Below are positions 51,191 to 64,000 of a stretch of 64,000 bases of DNA, piece by piece. The notes under the pieces were generated by a model. It saw nothing but the letters and a program-made list of their open reading frames with translations, was not told where the DNA came from and searched no databases. A program made the translations under genes and the position numbers. The stretch's first letter is position 1, and each line of letters opens with the position of its first letter. The stretch is from Eledone cirrhosa (taxonomy: Eukaryota): assembly GCA_964016885.1 (NCBI GenBank), contig OZ024740.1, positions 375,596,001 to 375,660,000 on the forward strand, given 5' to 3'.

Positions 51191-52751
51191 CTGGAGTCGC
51201 GACCGACTGATAGATATTATTAGCAATTGGAAATACCAACGGAAACATTGTTTCTTCGGTCCGATTTGACGAAAGTCAATAATTCTTTTTTTTTAATCGA
51301 CATTTTTCTAAAAAATACACAGTATACACAATATATGAAAAACATAACTGTGTTTTGCTTCTCATTTTATTATATATCTTTTTTACTCATTACATATCCC
51401 ATTGTTTTTAGGTAGAAAATAACTTAGATTTTTTTTGTTGAATGTTTGAAAATTACGCTTCGCGAATATAATGTTCTGAACTTCATCTTTTACTATATGT
51501 AGTGTGCAACATTGCCATGTGAGATAATTTCTGTGGAGAGCTGGAAAGAATATGTATGGAAGTCTGTTGGATTGATTATACTTGTTATTCAAATGCCCTC
51601 GCTTATACTCGTACACTAATTTCCTTTGGGAATTATGTTAACGAGAATTCGTATCTGTGAAACACTCAACCACTAATCAGTTACTTGGTGAGAAGGACGT
51701 TTATGTGATTAAACAATTGAATGTGCACGATTGAAACCGAAGAATGATTGATCACCACCATTTTGTATATAATTTTTTTATAATTCCGCTTGAATAAGCA
51801 TATTAAGTATCGAAGAATTGCAAGAACCGCTTATATATCATATGAAAATACAACTAAGACATTTCTTTATCTTGTATAGAATTGAAATTATATTAAAATA
51901 GGAGGTGGTTATATCTTGCCAAAATATGATCAACACTACCTATTTGTATTATTCATATGATACTAAGCAAAGAATTTATGGATGGTTGTGCCATTTGGAA
52001 CATCACCTGTTCCTTCATATTCCTCTAGAACAGAAAAGATTACTCAATTTCTACAAGTATGAATATCTTTAAATTTACTGCTGCCAGAAAATCTGCAGGA
52101 AAACGATACTCCTTTAAATATTCCACATACTTACATATTAACAAGGGTGGTATAACTGGATTCAAAGAACGATTTGCAAGGCAGGTTAAGGGTGTTGAAA
52201 ATAAATGAAAAGTTTGGAAGAGAGAAATACAACTAATACTTTCTTGATGCATCTAAATGTCTCAATCATTACATTTTGATTTCAGTTGTACAGAGGTTAG
52301 GAAAATACAAAGTTTAGGCAAGATAAATATATTCTTTCCTTCACCCTCTTCATCATACAGAGGAAAGAAGGGAATTATTAACGAAACACATATGTATCAC
52401 ATTACCGAAAATGATCGGACACAATCATATGAAGCAATAGATATTCATACTTAAAATTGAATACGTGGTATACATATTCATACTCGAAATCCCATAATAA
52501 ATGAAGATGAATAGTAGATAGATTTTGCAAATGCATGGGATTTGCTATCAGAGTTGTATGTATAATTTTGCATATGATGTATTGAAAGCCTAACTGACAC
52601 AACAAGAATGCATATAAACAGAAAGCGTGTGCTTATATATATATTTTTTTTTCTGTGTCTGTGTGAATTGCAGAATCGTTAGGTCGTCGGATAGAATGTA
52701 TTGCCGTATATGTTCCAGTTTCTTGTGCAATAAACTCAGATGATATCGAGT

Positions 52752-54135
52752 CACACACACACGAGTCGAGATTCCTCGATCCAATGAACAGTACTTTTTC
52801 CATTTGTCTCGATCTAGCATTATCACTCTAAGATCCGTTAAATTTCCTCCCGTGTCAGTACACATCATATCCAGATACGTTGTTGCAGGAGGATCTCTAC
52901 TGCTAAGACCGTGTATAGGAATACATAAAAGAACGCGGCGGCGCACTCCTTTTTTGATTTGCAACAATGTCCTGCAAAATGCATCGTTCTTAAACGAATA
53001 ATATCCGAACCAGAAAGATAATCCTGATAGATTTCTACATTTGTGACTCTCCGTGGCCAAATTATGTTGAAAGCGTGTCTGAGGAGACTTGTGTAACATC
53101 CATCTGGTCTTTTTTCGAATGTTTTATTAAGTGTCCATGGTTTTGACGTGTAGAGTAACATACTTTCAGCTGTGGTGTTGAAGAACATATGCTTTAGTCT
53201 CGTTAAGAGAGATGATTGCCATATTCCAATAAGTTTGTTTATGGGCGACCATGTTAAGTCTATTCTGATGTTGATTTCGTTTTCCGTTTCCGAGACATGT
53301 GAAATCAGAAACTTCTTTAAAAGTTTCGCTATTTGAAGCGCTCAGCTGCCCATATGAATTAAATATCATCAATTTGGTCTTGGTCTCATTTATTTCCAAC
53401 ACTGCTTTTATCGCTGCCTGTTCCAGCTAGTGAAATGTGTGTGAACATCTGCTATATTGTATGATATTAGACATATGTCATTCGCATAATTAGTGTCCAT
53501 AAATTAGGAATCCATAAATTTGAAGAATTTTCAGCATTTTCTGTTCATTCATTGAATCGAAGGCTTTTTTAAAGTCTATAAATGTTAAGACTGCTGGAAG
53601 GTTAGTCGACTTGTCGCCCTAAATAATTCGTCTAAGAGTCAACATTTGAGAGATGGTAGAACGACCTTGTCTGAACCTGTTTTGATTAATTATCAATTGA
53701 GGTTCAACATGAGGTCGCATCCTAATCAGCAATATCTTGTTATACACCTTTACTGCGATTGAAGTGAGACTTATTCTTCGATAGCTTTCTGGAAGACTAA
53801 GATTACCCTTCTTGGGAATAGGAATAATGCCAATCTTTGACCATATTTTTGGTTAATTTCCAATGAAAGTCATATTCCAGAAACCGAACGGCTCGTACCT
53901 GAGTGAGCCAACCTTGCACACTCCACCTGGAATTACATCGATTCCAGTAGCCTTGCCATTCGGCAGCTCCCTCGAGTATTCTTTGATCTATTTTACAGTA
54001 AATTCACCGGTATGTATAGAAGGGAACGTTCCGCTGCAAACGCCGAGGTTTAAGAATTCATTGTAATCATCTCCATGGGCTGCTGGAGAGAGGAGCTCCT
54101 CGAAATGCCTTCTCCAGTGAGGAGGACGAGCTTCA
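52752..54135 (-). mobile_element. RTE-type LINE, RT domain to 3' end, decayed
   Basis: GKATGID; IIPIPKKGNLSLPESYRRISLTSIAVKVYNKILL; NQNRFRQGRST; FIDFKKAFDS; ESMLLYTSKPW; FAGHC; MLDRDKWK. Confidence 0.88.
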
Positions 54136-54770
54136 ATCAATCAGTCCCTAGTATGTTACGACATTTGTACTTTCTGCCAGTCACTTCTTAGCAAGAGATT
54201 AACGGTGCAGTCTCTGGGTCTCTGGATTCGTGTTTGGGTGATGAGAAAGCTGGGTAGCCGTTAATATCTAATACCTTGTGTAATCGTCTGATATCGGTGG
54301 CTCTACTAGCAGCGTGGCTGCATCGGTTGCGTATGCGAGCCGTTTCTAGACGCACACACACATACATATATCACACACATATTTTACCTTTTTATTATAT
54401 ACATATTCGTACACGCCTTTCAATACTTAAATTTTCATAGAAACATCCCACCAAGCAGACTTACATTCACGCACACCCATGCATATATCAAACACTTTTC
54501 TGCAGACCTTTCACAATGCGCAATTTCGAAATTTTAACGTCTTTTCATTTCATTTAACTTAAATCTACCTGCCAAACAAGTCAACTGCGAACGATTCTTT
54601 ACGTCCTTCCTATGGATACTCCCTTCATAATGCGTTTTTAAACCGGAAACTATTTGGGATCATTAAATTTGCTAAGGTAAGATATTTTTGTTATCTTAGC
54701 GATTTAATTTTCGTTCTAATGCATTATTTGACTTTCAAAATTATGTAAATTTGTGTTTTATATATATATA

Positions 54771-55070
54771 TAGGAAAATATATGACCCCGACGGCAGAGC
54801 TCAAGCTATTTCAAAGGCTATTGCTGGACTAAATTAGAATTTTTAGCCTGGTAAATAAATAGCCGAACTTTTCAAGGAAGTAGCACTTGAAAAGTTCGGC
54901 TCTTTATTTACCCGTCTAAACATTCTAATTTAGTCCAGAAATTGCCGTCGTAATGCTTGAGATCTGTCGTCGGGGTCATACATTTTCCTATTACCCACTA
55001 TAATATCCTAAGTATTGAGTACTCTGGTGCGTTATGGTTCATCAGTTTCCTTACCACAACTCCTTCGTTA
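54771..55070. repeat. Fold-back element: ~105 bp arm hairpin (54771-54990) plus tail
   Basis: taggaaaat..cttttcaag gaagtagca cttgaaaag..attttccta; flanked by (TA)n. Confidence 0.88.
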
Positions 55071-55164
55071 TATATATATATATATATATTTTTTTTGTGT
55101 GTGTGTTTGTGTGTGTGTGTGGCAAAGCCGGCCATTTATCGCTCGTATACAGGAAACTGACTGG

Positions 55165-55262
55165 CCAGTCTGATGATATGCAAATCTGACTGATCAGTGG
55201 ATCTTCTGATATGCAGATCTGACTGATCAGCTGGTCTGCTAATATGCAAATCAGGCCGATCA
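55165..55262 (+). repeat. ~33 bp minisatellite, about 3 copies
   Basis: Repeated ..gatatgcaRatctgactgatcag.. units. Confidence 0.7.
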
Positions 55263-55507
55263 TTCACTGTATATTTTAGAAAATAGCTTATATTTTCACT
55301 AGCTCTGACAGATTGCAGGTGAACAGTGAGCTGTCCTGATGAAGGGTGATACCTAGAAGCATTAGTGTCTGCAGTTCTGTTTACATACCAACACAAGAGC
55401 AAGAATGAAGTGTTCATTCTACTGACATGGCTTTAAAAATGAGGTTTGTTTGCAAAACTGCAAACGAATCGAATGAGTTATTATTAATATTCGAAAAAAT
55501 CACATTA

Positions 55508-55835
<328 letters not shown>

Positions 55836-56894
55836 GAGAGATGTATATATTCATCGGTGTCGTAGTATATGTATAACGACTACATTAGGTTGTTTCTCCT
55901 AGTGTCACACATTTTAACTGTTCTATTTAAATGCAATGTATTAATATGCCGCTATATTGCCTCAAACAACTCAATTAGTACCTGCTACAAGGCAGCTACC
56001 ACTACGATCCGTACCTAGTATCATATTATACATATATATAAGGAAAGGGTGTGAGAGAGTTGGAAATGAGAATACGGACTGTTTATTTTAGTATATTCTA
56101 TGAAGCAGGCCACAGCTAGCCGGGCTTTCAGGTAATGCACTTATTAATTATGTATGCGGTGAATACTGATAAACGAGTGTATAGATAGAGCAGGTACACA
56201 TTTTTGTTTACCGCCCATTGTTAAATGTCAGGTATGTATCCCCAGTGCTTTGCATGCTTGGTTTCGTTTACCACCTTCCCCTTTAGACCACATTTCCAAA
56301 CCACAATTTACTTTCACCTTTGAAACTAATTCTAAATGATATATAGATATTGCTAATTTAGGGCCAGTTAAGGCTCGAATGAGTAGAGTTGTCCCCTTTG
56401 TGGTGGTCTCGAGAAATTACATGTTTATTGTGTACGATATTCCCGAATGTGACATTTCCTTAATCGAGAGAGTCTTTTTTTAATATATTTTCAGAAAAGA
56501 TTGACTACTATTTCTAGAGGTTCTTACAACTACTTTCAGTTTCCATTTAGCCCGAATATTATATATCTCCCCTGTGGGTGTGTGAGCTTAAGCAAATTTA
56601 AATTCTTCCATATATGATTAGAACAGGGATCTTTCTTCGTAAGAAAATTATTGAGTTAAAACCTGAAAATATACTTAAAGAATTCTATTTAAGCAATCAA
56701 TAACTGCTGAATTGTTTAAATCGGACAGCTTTAGAATTTACATGTTTTTTTTCTAATAAGTTATTTACGTAGATAGATGTTAATGAATAAATGACAATCA
56801 TAATGGATATATTCCTAGGTAGGTGGGACTTTTCGAGATGTATGTTTATTTTTATTGTTTTTTTATGAGCTAAAATGTAAGATTAATTGATAAA

Positions 56895-57010
56895 AATCTG
56901 AAACCAATTTAAGAAACATGTTGAAACAAATTTTAATGTCAATGTTTAAGAAAAACAATCTGAAAACAATTTAGGAAACATGTTGAAACAAATTTTAATG
57001 TCAATGTTTT
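56895..57010 (+). repeat. ~62 bp tandem duplication
   Basis: aatctgaaa.caattta.gaaacatgttgaaacaaattttaatgtcaatgttt occurs twice. Confidence 0.8.
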
Positions 57011-60000
57011 GAAAAAAAGAGGAATAGCAATGTCTATATAGTATTGTAGATTACAAGTAACATAATAATTAAATCAATGTTTTTAAAGAAGACAATGGAA
57101 GATAATATCATTTATAAAATATGTGAACATTAAAGAATGGAAATGATATATTTTTGTCTCAGTACGAAATGTATTACTTCGGCATCGATGGCAAATAGTT
57201 CATATCAGGATGGTGTTCCCACAGTAGAGCTACTCCTTTAAATAGACTTGAAATAGTTTAACATGATGATGTTGATGAATTCATTGAGAATATTGTCACT
57301 GTAAGATACTTATGGAATGTGTTTACCAATTTTCAGAATATCATTTTCTACATACTTTTCCATGTTGTTCCTGTCACTAACTGGTCTTAGTTTCCAAATT
57401 CAAATCTGAAGTACGACAAATCTTGACCTCCAAAATTGGGCTGTTGTATAGATGAATTATTTCTATTTAAAAGATAGTCAAACCAATCTACTGCAGAATT
57501 TGAAAATTCATGTTGCCTAGACTTAGACTGTTAGCATGCGTTATACAATCTGAAGTTTTTGATACGAAAAGACAATTGTTCAATGTTTGATATAACGATG
57601 CCCAGGAATGATCATTTATTTTGAATGATTTTTTAATGAGGATTAGTCACAATGTTCATTTAAGATTCGGAGAATATTCAAAATATTCAAAACCACAATG
57701 TTTGATATATCAAAAAGAACCATTCAGCTTGATTTCAAAGGCGTTTATGTTATCGATCTGCGTAGGGCAGATACGTGTAAATTAATATTCCTAATATCTA
57801 AATCCACCCAATGTCGGATACATCTTGACATGAGAATGTTTCATTCATAAAACATGTAGGAATTTCCTCGTCAAACTCAACACATCCTTTAAGGACAGAA
57901 CGTCAACCATGACAGCTAACACTAAAATTTCAAGATTTGCATCAAATAATAAATGTCTATTATTTGAAATATTTTACTCTGTGTCTTTGTTGCTGATTTG
58001 GGCAGACAACTCTCATTTTCGTTTTAGCTCACTTTCAATGTATACGCAATTATGAAAGGTTTTGCTATACCTGTTTATGTAGGGTGACGTGCGCAGCATT
58101 CTTTCAGAGAACATTTCTGCATAAGGCTATATCAGCAGTTTTCAAAGTTGAATATCTACATAATTTCTGAAATTACTTTTGTTGAACGTTTTTGTTTCTT
58201 TATTAGTTGCTCTGACACTGAAGAAGCTGTACAAGTAAATACAGTTTCAACATGCTTCACCGATAAAATTCGGTCTGGTAAAAGAACACTCCCTGGTGTA
58301 TTAACCTAGATTCTTCACAGAGAGCTACTGAATCATTAACGCACAACAAATTACAAAGTTCCATAATAACATGTTACAAAAGGTAATTAACGAAGGAATC
58401 ATGGTAGACTTGAACCAACGAGGTCATTATTTTATTGCCTGTGTAGACGTTAATAAATACAGAGTAGATGTAATTTCTAGACATTATAATAATAGAGAAT
58501 GCGATGTGCTAGTATTTTGACAGTAATTGAGGCACATACTACAAGACGGCTCCGTAATTTACATACAAAATCTTTTATAATACTTTTTATTACTATATTC
58601 CATTGCGCATCAATCTGATCTATCAGCAGCTGAGGTCATGTACAACAATAAACAGCGGACCTTTGGAAGTAAATTAAATTGTATTGAAAATTATGTCAAA
58701 ATCTTCGTATAACGATTATGGTTGTGACGTTATGCAAATATAAATATTAATTAGAAACATGTATGATGATTAATTATGATTATTATGCCGTTCTAGCAGT
58801 ATCGATTACTAAACAGAAAAACAGTGTATTAAAAATGAACGTGCATGGGGGAAATATGATAGGCATAAATATAAAGCAAGAGTGCCTTCAGCCCAAATAT
58901 TTGAACATTACTTTTTCTTTTCTCCCATACACAAGCGTGTGGAGGAGATGGAGGAAATTCGCCCCATCCTTTTTAGCCAGCGGTCATGTGACGAGTGTCA
59001 CCGTCCCCACCACTACAAATGTTACCAGTGTTACCACTACAGTTGAGAGGCTTACCGTGAAGAGCAGCAGCCACAACATCAATAATAAAACAACAGTTAA
59101 CATCATCGGCAGTGTCAGGAAAACAACTGCAACCAAGACCACAACAATTAAAACAACAAAAACTATTGCTACTACAAAACAACATCAACAATAATAGAGA
59201 AAATGGCAAAGAGAATAACAGCAGCAGCTAGAGCAGAAACAACGGCAACAGTGACACCAGCAACAAAATCAACGGCAACGAAATTAAAAGCAGCACCAGC
59301 AGCAGAGGCAACGTTAATAACAATAACAACAAAATCCGCTTCGCCGCTACGACTGCGAAAACTACTGAAATATTTAGTTTGAATTTATCTTTTATCTAGG
59401 AAAGAGGAATAATTTGCTCAAGTAAACAAACCAATAAGAATGGATAAAACGTTGGTTAAAATAAGGATTCCACCAGAGATATGTGTAGCAGCGGAGAGAA
59501 AAGCTTTAAATTATAGATGCATGCATTGGTATTAAATCCAGGTGGAAGCAACGCTAAAGGCCATGATATCAGTTATACAATCCGTGTCAAGAACCAAGCA
59601 GTTTGGAAGCACGTCAGTGCACTTCAATAGCGTTGCTTTTCCAAAATGTAACCTGCAAATGGAACTGATTATATTTTTTCCCTCTCGCATATAACGATGA
59701 ACATTTAAAATCTACATTACTGAGATTCCTAAAGAAATAGACATCTGGTGGTTCCTGTGATAGAATGTGGTGAAACTCTTGGGGGAGTAAAGATGACTCG
59801 TAGTGAGAACTGATCTGGGAGCAGTCAGCAGTTACTTCTCCAGATCAAACCAGAAATGATTGAGACGATTACAAATCTCATTCATCTCTCATTCAGCTTC
59901 TGTGCGGCGAGGTCAGAGTCTTAGTTGATGTCAAATTGCCTCGCCTCATTTTTAGGGGTAACTGGACCCCCAACAAAAGACAATAACACAGGTTACCGTT

Positions 60001-60379
60001 GCTGCCGACACCAGTATAACAACAATTAACAGCAGCATCTGCGGCACTAATAATACCGGCAGCAGTTGTAGCTACCTTAACAAAAACAACAGCAATTGAA
60101 CTACCACCATACCCATCAATAACAGACCCCAACAACATTAGCTATGGGGTCTGCCAGAAAAGCTCTCCATATCCACTAAACACGTAAAGAAATACGCTCC
60201 CAAAAACATCTGAAGCAGTAACAGGGACATCCACTTCTTTTAGTAATGATGGGAGGAGCCCCAAAACGAGCACGAACAAAGAAAAAACTCGCCTGGGATC
60301 ACCCACACAACAATAGAAATATCAACCCCCTGGAGAACTCTAGAGTGGAATTTCCACTGATCGCATTACGCGACAACGT

Positions 60380-60985
60380 TCCAGATTCCAGGCGCCCAGT
60401 CTCAGTCTCTTCTTGAAGATGCCTTAGCCTCAGTACACGTTGGCGCATCCTCAGCTACGGCTTACCTAGTCCTCCGCGTAGAGGAAGAACGCAACAGACA
60501 TATTACATCGCCAATGGAACCTGTCCCTTGCATAACGTAGAAAACAGAACGTTCTAAATTAGCGAAGTACATGTGGGGGCAAGGCACGAGGGTCAGGCGG
60601 TAGTATATAACGGAAGCGATATACACGTTCACCACCTCCTCCAGATCTTTCAGGGATAGCTTCCTCTTTGTCTATTTCTGGATGAGAGAGGCCACACAGC
60701 TCGTTACCTCGAGGACAGCTCCGAAATAAACCCTGAGCAATTTCCCCAGTCCGTTCGTCTAGGCTTCGACGAATCTGTTGAACGGCTTGCATTTGCTCCT
60801 CCAGATGGTGTGCTGCAAATCCACCGATTGTTCTGGGTTCAGTTTGGCTCCCGTCAATCTTTCCTATTCTTCTAGGTGTTCGACAGCTTCACGGGGATTA
60901 CATTCGCATATGCTGACACAGCCTTTCCACGATCCGGTTAGAGCAGGATGCCCTGCAACAGCCCAAGCTTCAATACGTAAAGGCT
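60380..60985 (-). mobile_element. Tx1/L1-clade LINE RT remnant
   Basis: VSAYAN (decayed YADD); ERLTGAKLNP; KLLRVYFG; KRKLSLK..VNVYIASVIYYRLTLVPCP; LPLRGGLGKP*LRMRQRVLRLRHL. Confidence 0.7.
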
Positions 60986-61049
60986 CAGAGTCAATGCGTA
61001 CAGATGAGAGAATTGAGTGGATAGGTGGTCATATTGGGAATGACTATAG

Positions 61050-61715
61050 GATAATGGGTGCTGAGTTAAGATCATTCTCAATTCAAGTCATGAGAGAAAA
61101 ATAATCTTCAGTTCTGCTCTCAGTCGTGAATCAGGAACCCCTAAGTAATCAAAGATACCGAAAAGGTTGAAGTGGTGGGAAGAGTGTACGGTGGAGCAGC
61201 AGTATCGGGTGACCGGAGACTGCTTGCCGGGCAAGATGTCCAGGAGATGTTCGGCAAACCTCTCCCCTAGACGATGACAGGTTTGTCCAATTGTGACAGC
61301 CTCGCATACATTCAACGGAGACCCCAGACAAAGTTGGAGGACTTGCAGCCGAAGGAGTCCATTACTCAGAAATGTTGGTGGTTACGCTCATTGAGGGTGG
61401 TGGTCCTAGAGCAAGTGTTGGGTCCAGGGAAGGGTGCTTGAATGGAGCTATGGGCGAGGTAATATCGAAGGTGGAGTGTGCAATTAACGGAGGGGAAGAT
61501 GTTGGAGATGAATGTGTCCGTCTGGAGCTGTTGAGAAAGCCAGATGTTAGCCATCTGGAGAGGCAATATTTAGATGTGTTTTATAAGGGAAAATGGGTGT
61601 CTATTGTTGGGTGGCCAAGGGCCTGGAATGAGAGTGCGAGTGATTGCAACTTAGATCAGGCAGGGGGATAAATGAACATCAGGCCGAATGATGTGTGTAG
61701 CCAAGATATGTGCCT
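61050..61715 (-). mobile_element. PLE GIY-YIG fragment (Neptune/Poseidon-type), decayed
   Basis: IGQTCHRLGERFAEHLLDI..SPV..HS..RLRAELKIIF; upstream LQTD..IFP..LRYYLAHS. Confidence 0.72.
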
Positions 61716-61741
61716 AGTCCATGTATATATATATATATATA

Positions 61742-62669
61742 TACAATATAAAGAAATACACAGATACATGCGGACACATACATATACATGAATATATCCA
61801 CATATATCCCTGAATTTGTGGTACCAACCTCAGCCGTTGTTGCTCTATGAATAACTGGGACAAAATAATCAGAATGGATTAGATTGATTCAGTATCAGAG
61901 CTATATAATACATTATAAAGAAACAAGAAACATTAGATATAAATAATACGATATACCATACCCAAATTCCCTAATTAGTCCTCGACTACGTAGTTTCGTG
62001 GCATATTATGCAAAAACACATCACAGAGATACAGTAGTTGTGTGAGGTTTGCGACTTATCAAGAGGATACCTCATTTAGAGTTTCAAAACACATCCGTAG
62101 GACGTGAGATAGAATCCTGAAAGGCGGAGGGGGAGTCAATCACGTGATACAGCTGTCAAGAAACAGAGCTAAGCCTCTTACAACCAAGAAAAAAATACCA
62201 CAAAGGCGGCGGGGGTACTTATATCAAAGCCGTATAAGAGATGGCTAGGATAGCGAGAAGTATGAGTAATGATAGTTTTCTAGCAGTCACTACACTTCAA
62301 TGGTTACTCTACCATAGGGAGTTATAAACAATATAAAGAAATACACAGATACATGCGGACACATACATATACATGCATATATCCACATATATCCCTGAAT
62401 TTGTGGTGCCAACCTCAACCGTTGTTGCTCTATGAATAACTGGGACACAATAATCCGAATGCATTAGATTGATTCAGTATCAGAGCTATATAATGCATTA
62501 TAAAGAAAGAAGAAACATTACATATAATTAATGCAAACCTCAGTGTATCCCAGTGATGTAGTGTTTCTGCATAATATGCCACGAAACTACGTAGTCGAGG
62601 ACTAATAAAGGAATTTGGATATGGTATATCTTATTAATTATATCTAATGATTCTTCTTTCTTTATAATG

Positions 62670-62675
<6 letters not shown>
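61742..62675. mobile_element. ~585 bp unit, partial tandem copy and inverted end; hammerhead-like motif at 61980-62029 (-) and 62548-62600 (+)
   Basis: 61744 and 62329 begin the same sequence. Family of 8771-9865. (TA)n flanks. Confidence 0.78.
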
Positions 62676-62758
<83 letters not shown>

Positions 62759-62763
<5 letters not shown>

Positions 62764-64000
62764 ATGCTTTCGGAGGGTCATGTTGCTAATAAGAAACATA
62801 CGCACTAGTTGCTTTCACTTCCCTTTATTACAAATTAAATTTATAAATTTAGGAATTTATAAATTTCCTGTTGGCTGGTTGGTTCCACAACCAGACGATT
62901 GTTCATATATTGTCAACGTTCTTTCGTCACACATTATGTGACCTATTCAGTGACTGGGGATTATTTTCTTGGTTTTTGTGCCTCTCCATTCTTCTGTCCT
63001 ACGCCATCTTGTTTTTGTGTGTGTTGTGTGCTTAGTTTGCGCATGTGTTACATCTAGGTGTCTGTGTGTGTTTATAATTGTTTATTTATTTGTTTATTTA
63101 CATGTTACTGGTTGGTTATTTGTTCTATGTGTGTGTGTGTTTTTATTTTGTCCTTAATTGTAAGTTGTGATGTTCCTGTTCCATTCATGTTTTCTATTTA
63201 ATTTGTTGGACTTCATTTATTTGTATTGCCTCTGTGATTTGTAGAGTAGATATTAACAATGAGCCAGAGGAAAGAGACAGGAGTAATAATGAGAGACATA
63301 GAAACAACCCTGAGGCTGTTGGTGGAAATAGAAATAGAAAAAACACAACTAACAATGACACTAGCAATAGTACACATAAAGCAGCAGCCTGGAACTCTAT
63401 TTTTTATAATCCTTCCGATATGTACTTCGACCTACGAGGAGTCCACGCCACGACTTTAGCTTTTAACAAACGCACGCAATTGCCGTCGCAGGTCGATGAA
63501 CAAACAAAAGCACAATTTAGTATAGCTAGATCTAAACTTAGAAATATTATAGAACAGTATAGCAAGAAGCAAAATAGAATGGATGCCCAGCAACTGGGCG
63601 AAAAATCTGCAAATGTCTTGCGTATGCTCATGTAGCGCTCGCGTAATGGAGAGTATGCATGCTTTCCAAAAGACAATCTGGCAGAATGTCGCTTGACAGT
63701 CTGTCAAACTACATCCAGGCAATGCAACCCACATCACTAACACAAGAGAAGTAACACCACAAGAGCATGAGAATAGGGAAAAACCCTCAATGCCCATATG
63801 ATGATGTGGACAAATATAATGCAGCCCAACAAGAGGACTGCCAACAAATTCCAGGCCTGGAACAATGTCATGCCAGCGTTGTAAGGGCTTCGAAAAGACC
63901 ATAAAACGAGCAGTGACCCTGTCACAGGACCAACAACACGGCCAGTCTGTGGAGCTAACATTGCTAGTAACTACAGACTTTCCTACTTCCTCTCCCTGAT
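62759..64000 (+). mobile_element. 5' part of a PLE (terminal repeat, then decayed N-terminus and start of RT); runs off the window
   Basis: Ends in MPAL*GLRKDHK..GPTTRPVCGANIASNYRLSYFLS, the PLE RT LYGL.K.HK..RP motif. 62759-62945 matches 5093-5284. Confidence 0.75.

Noticed and set aside
56000-58700. Possible decayed DNA transposon
   Set aside because: No TIRs, TSD or transposase motif could be identified by eye.

Overview
Eukaryotic, AT-rich, repeat-dominated DNA. The SINE and microsatellite content suggest an octopod cephalopod (inference). I could not support any host protein-coding gene; almost all track ORFs are (TA)n/(CA)n artefacts or decayed retroelement frames. Bases ~1-29 kb and ~54.7-64 kb are a nested pile of Penelope-like elements (PLEs), including a near full-length decayed RT+GIY-YIG copy at 1397-4736. 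Between (TA)n tracts lie PLE terminal-repeat fragments, many with fold-back ends, plus RTE and Tx1/L1 LINE remnants and tRNA-derived SINEs. About ten distinct type I hammerhead ribozyme (HHR) motif families were read by eye, several with non-canonical cores or ~50-100 nt stem II expansions. The main feature is a 9.2 kb array at 38776-47976 of 19 near-identical ~466 bp non-coding units. Each unit carries a minimal HHR with a palindromic stem III plus several strong hairpins, which is retrozyme-like. The units form a higher-order repeat (3-mer switching to 4-mer) in which one unit per period has a G8A core change. All structures were paired manually; none was computed or tested.
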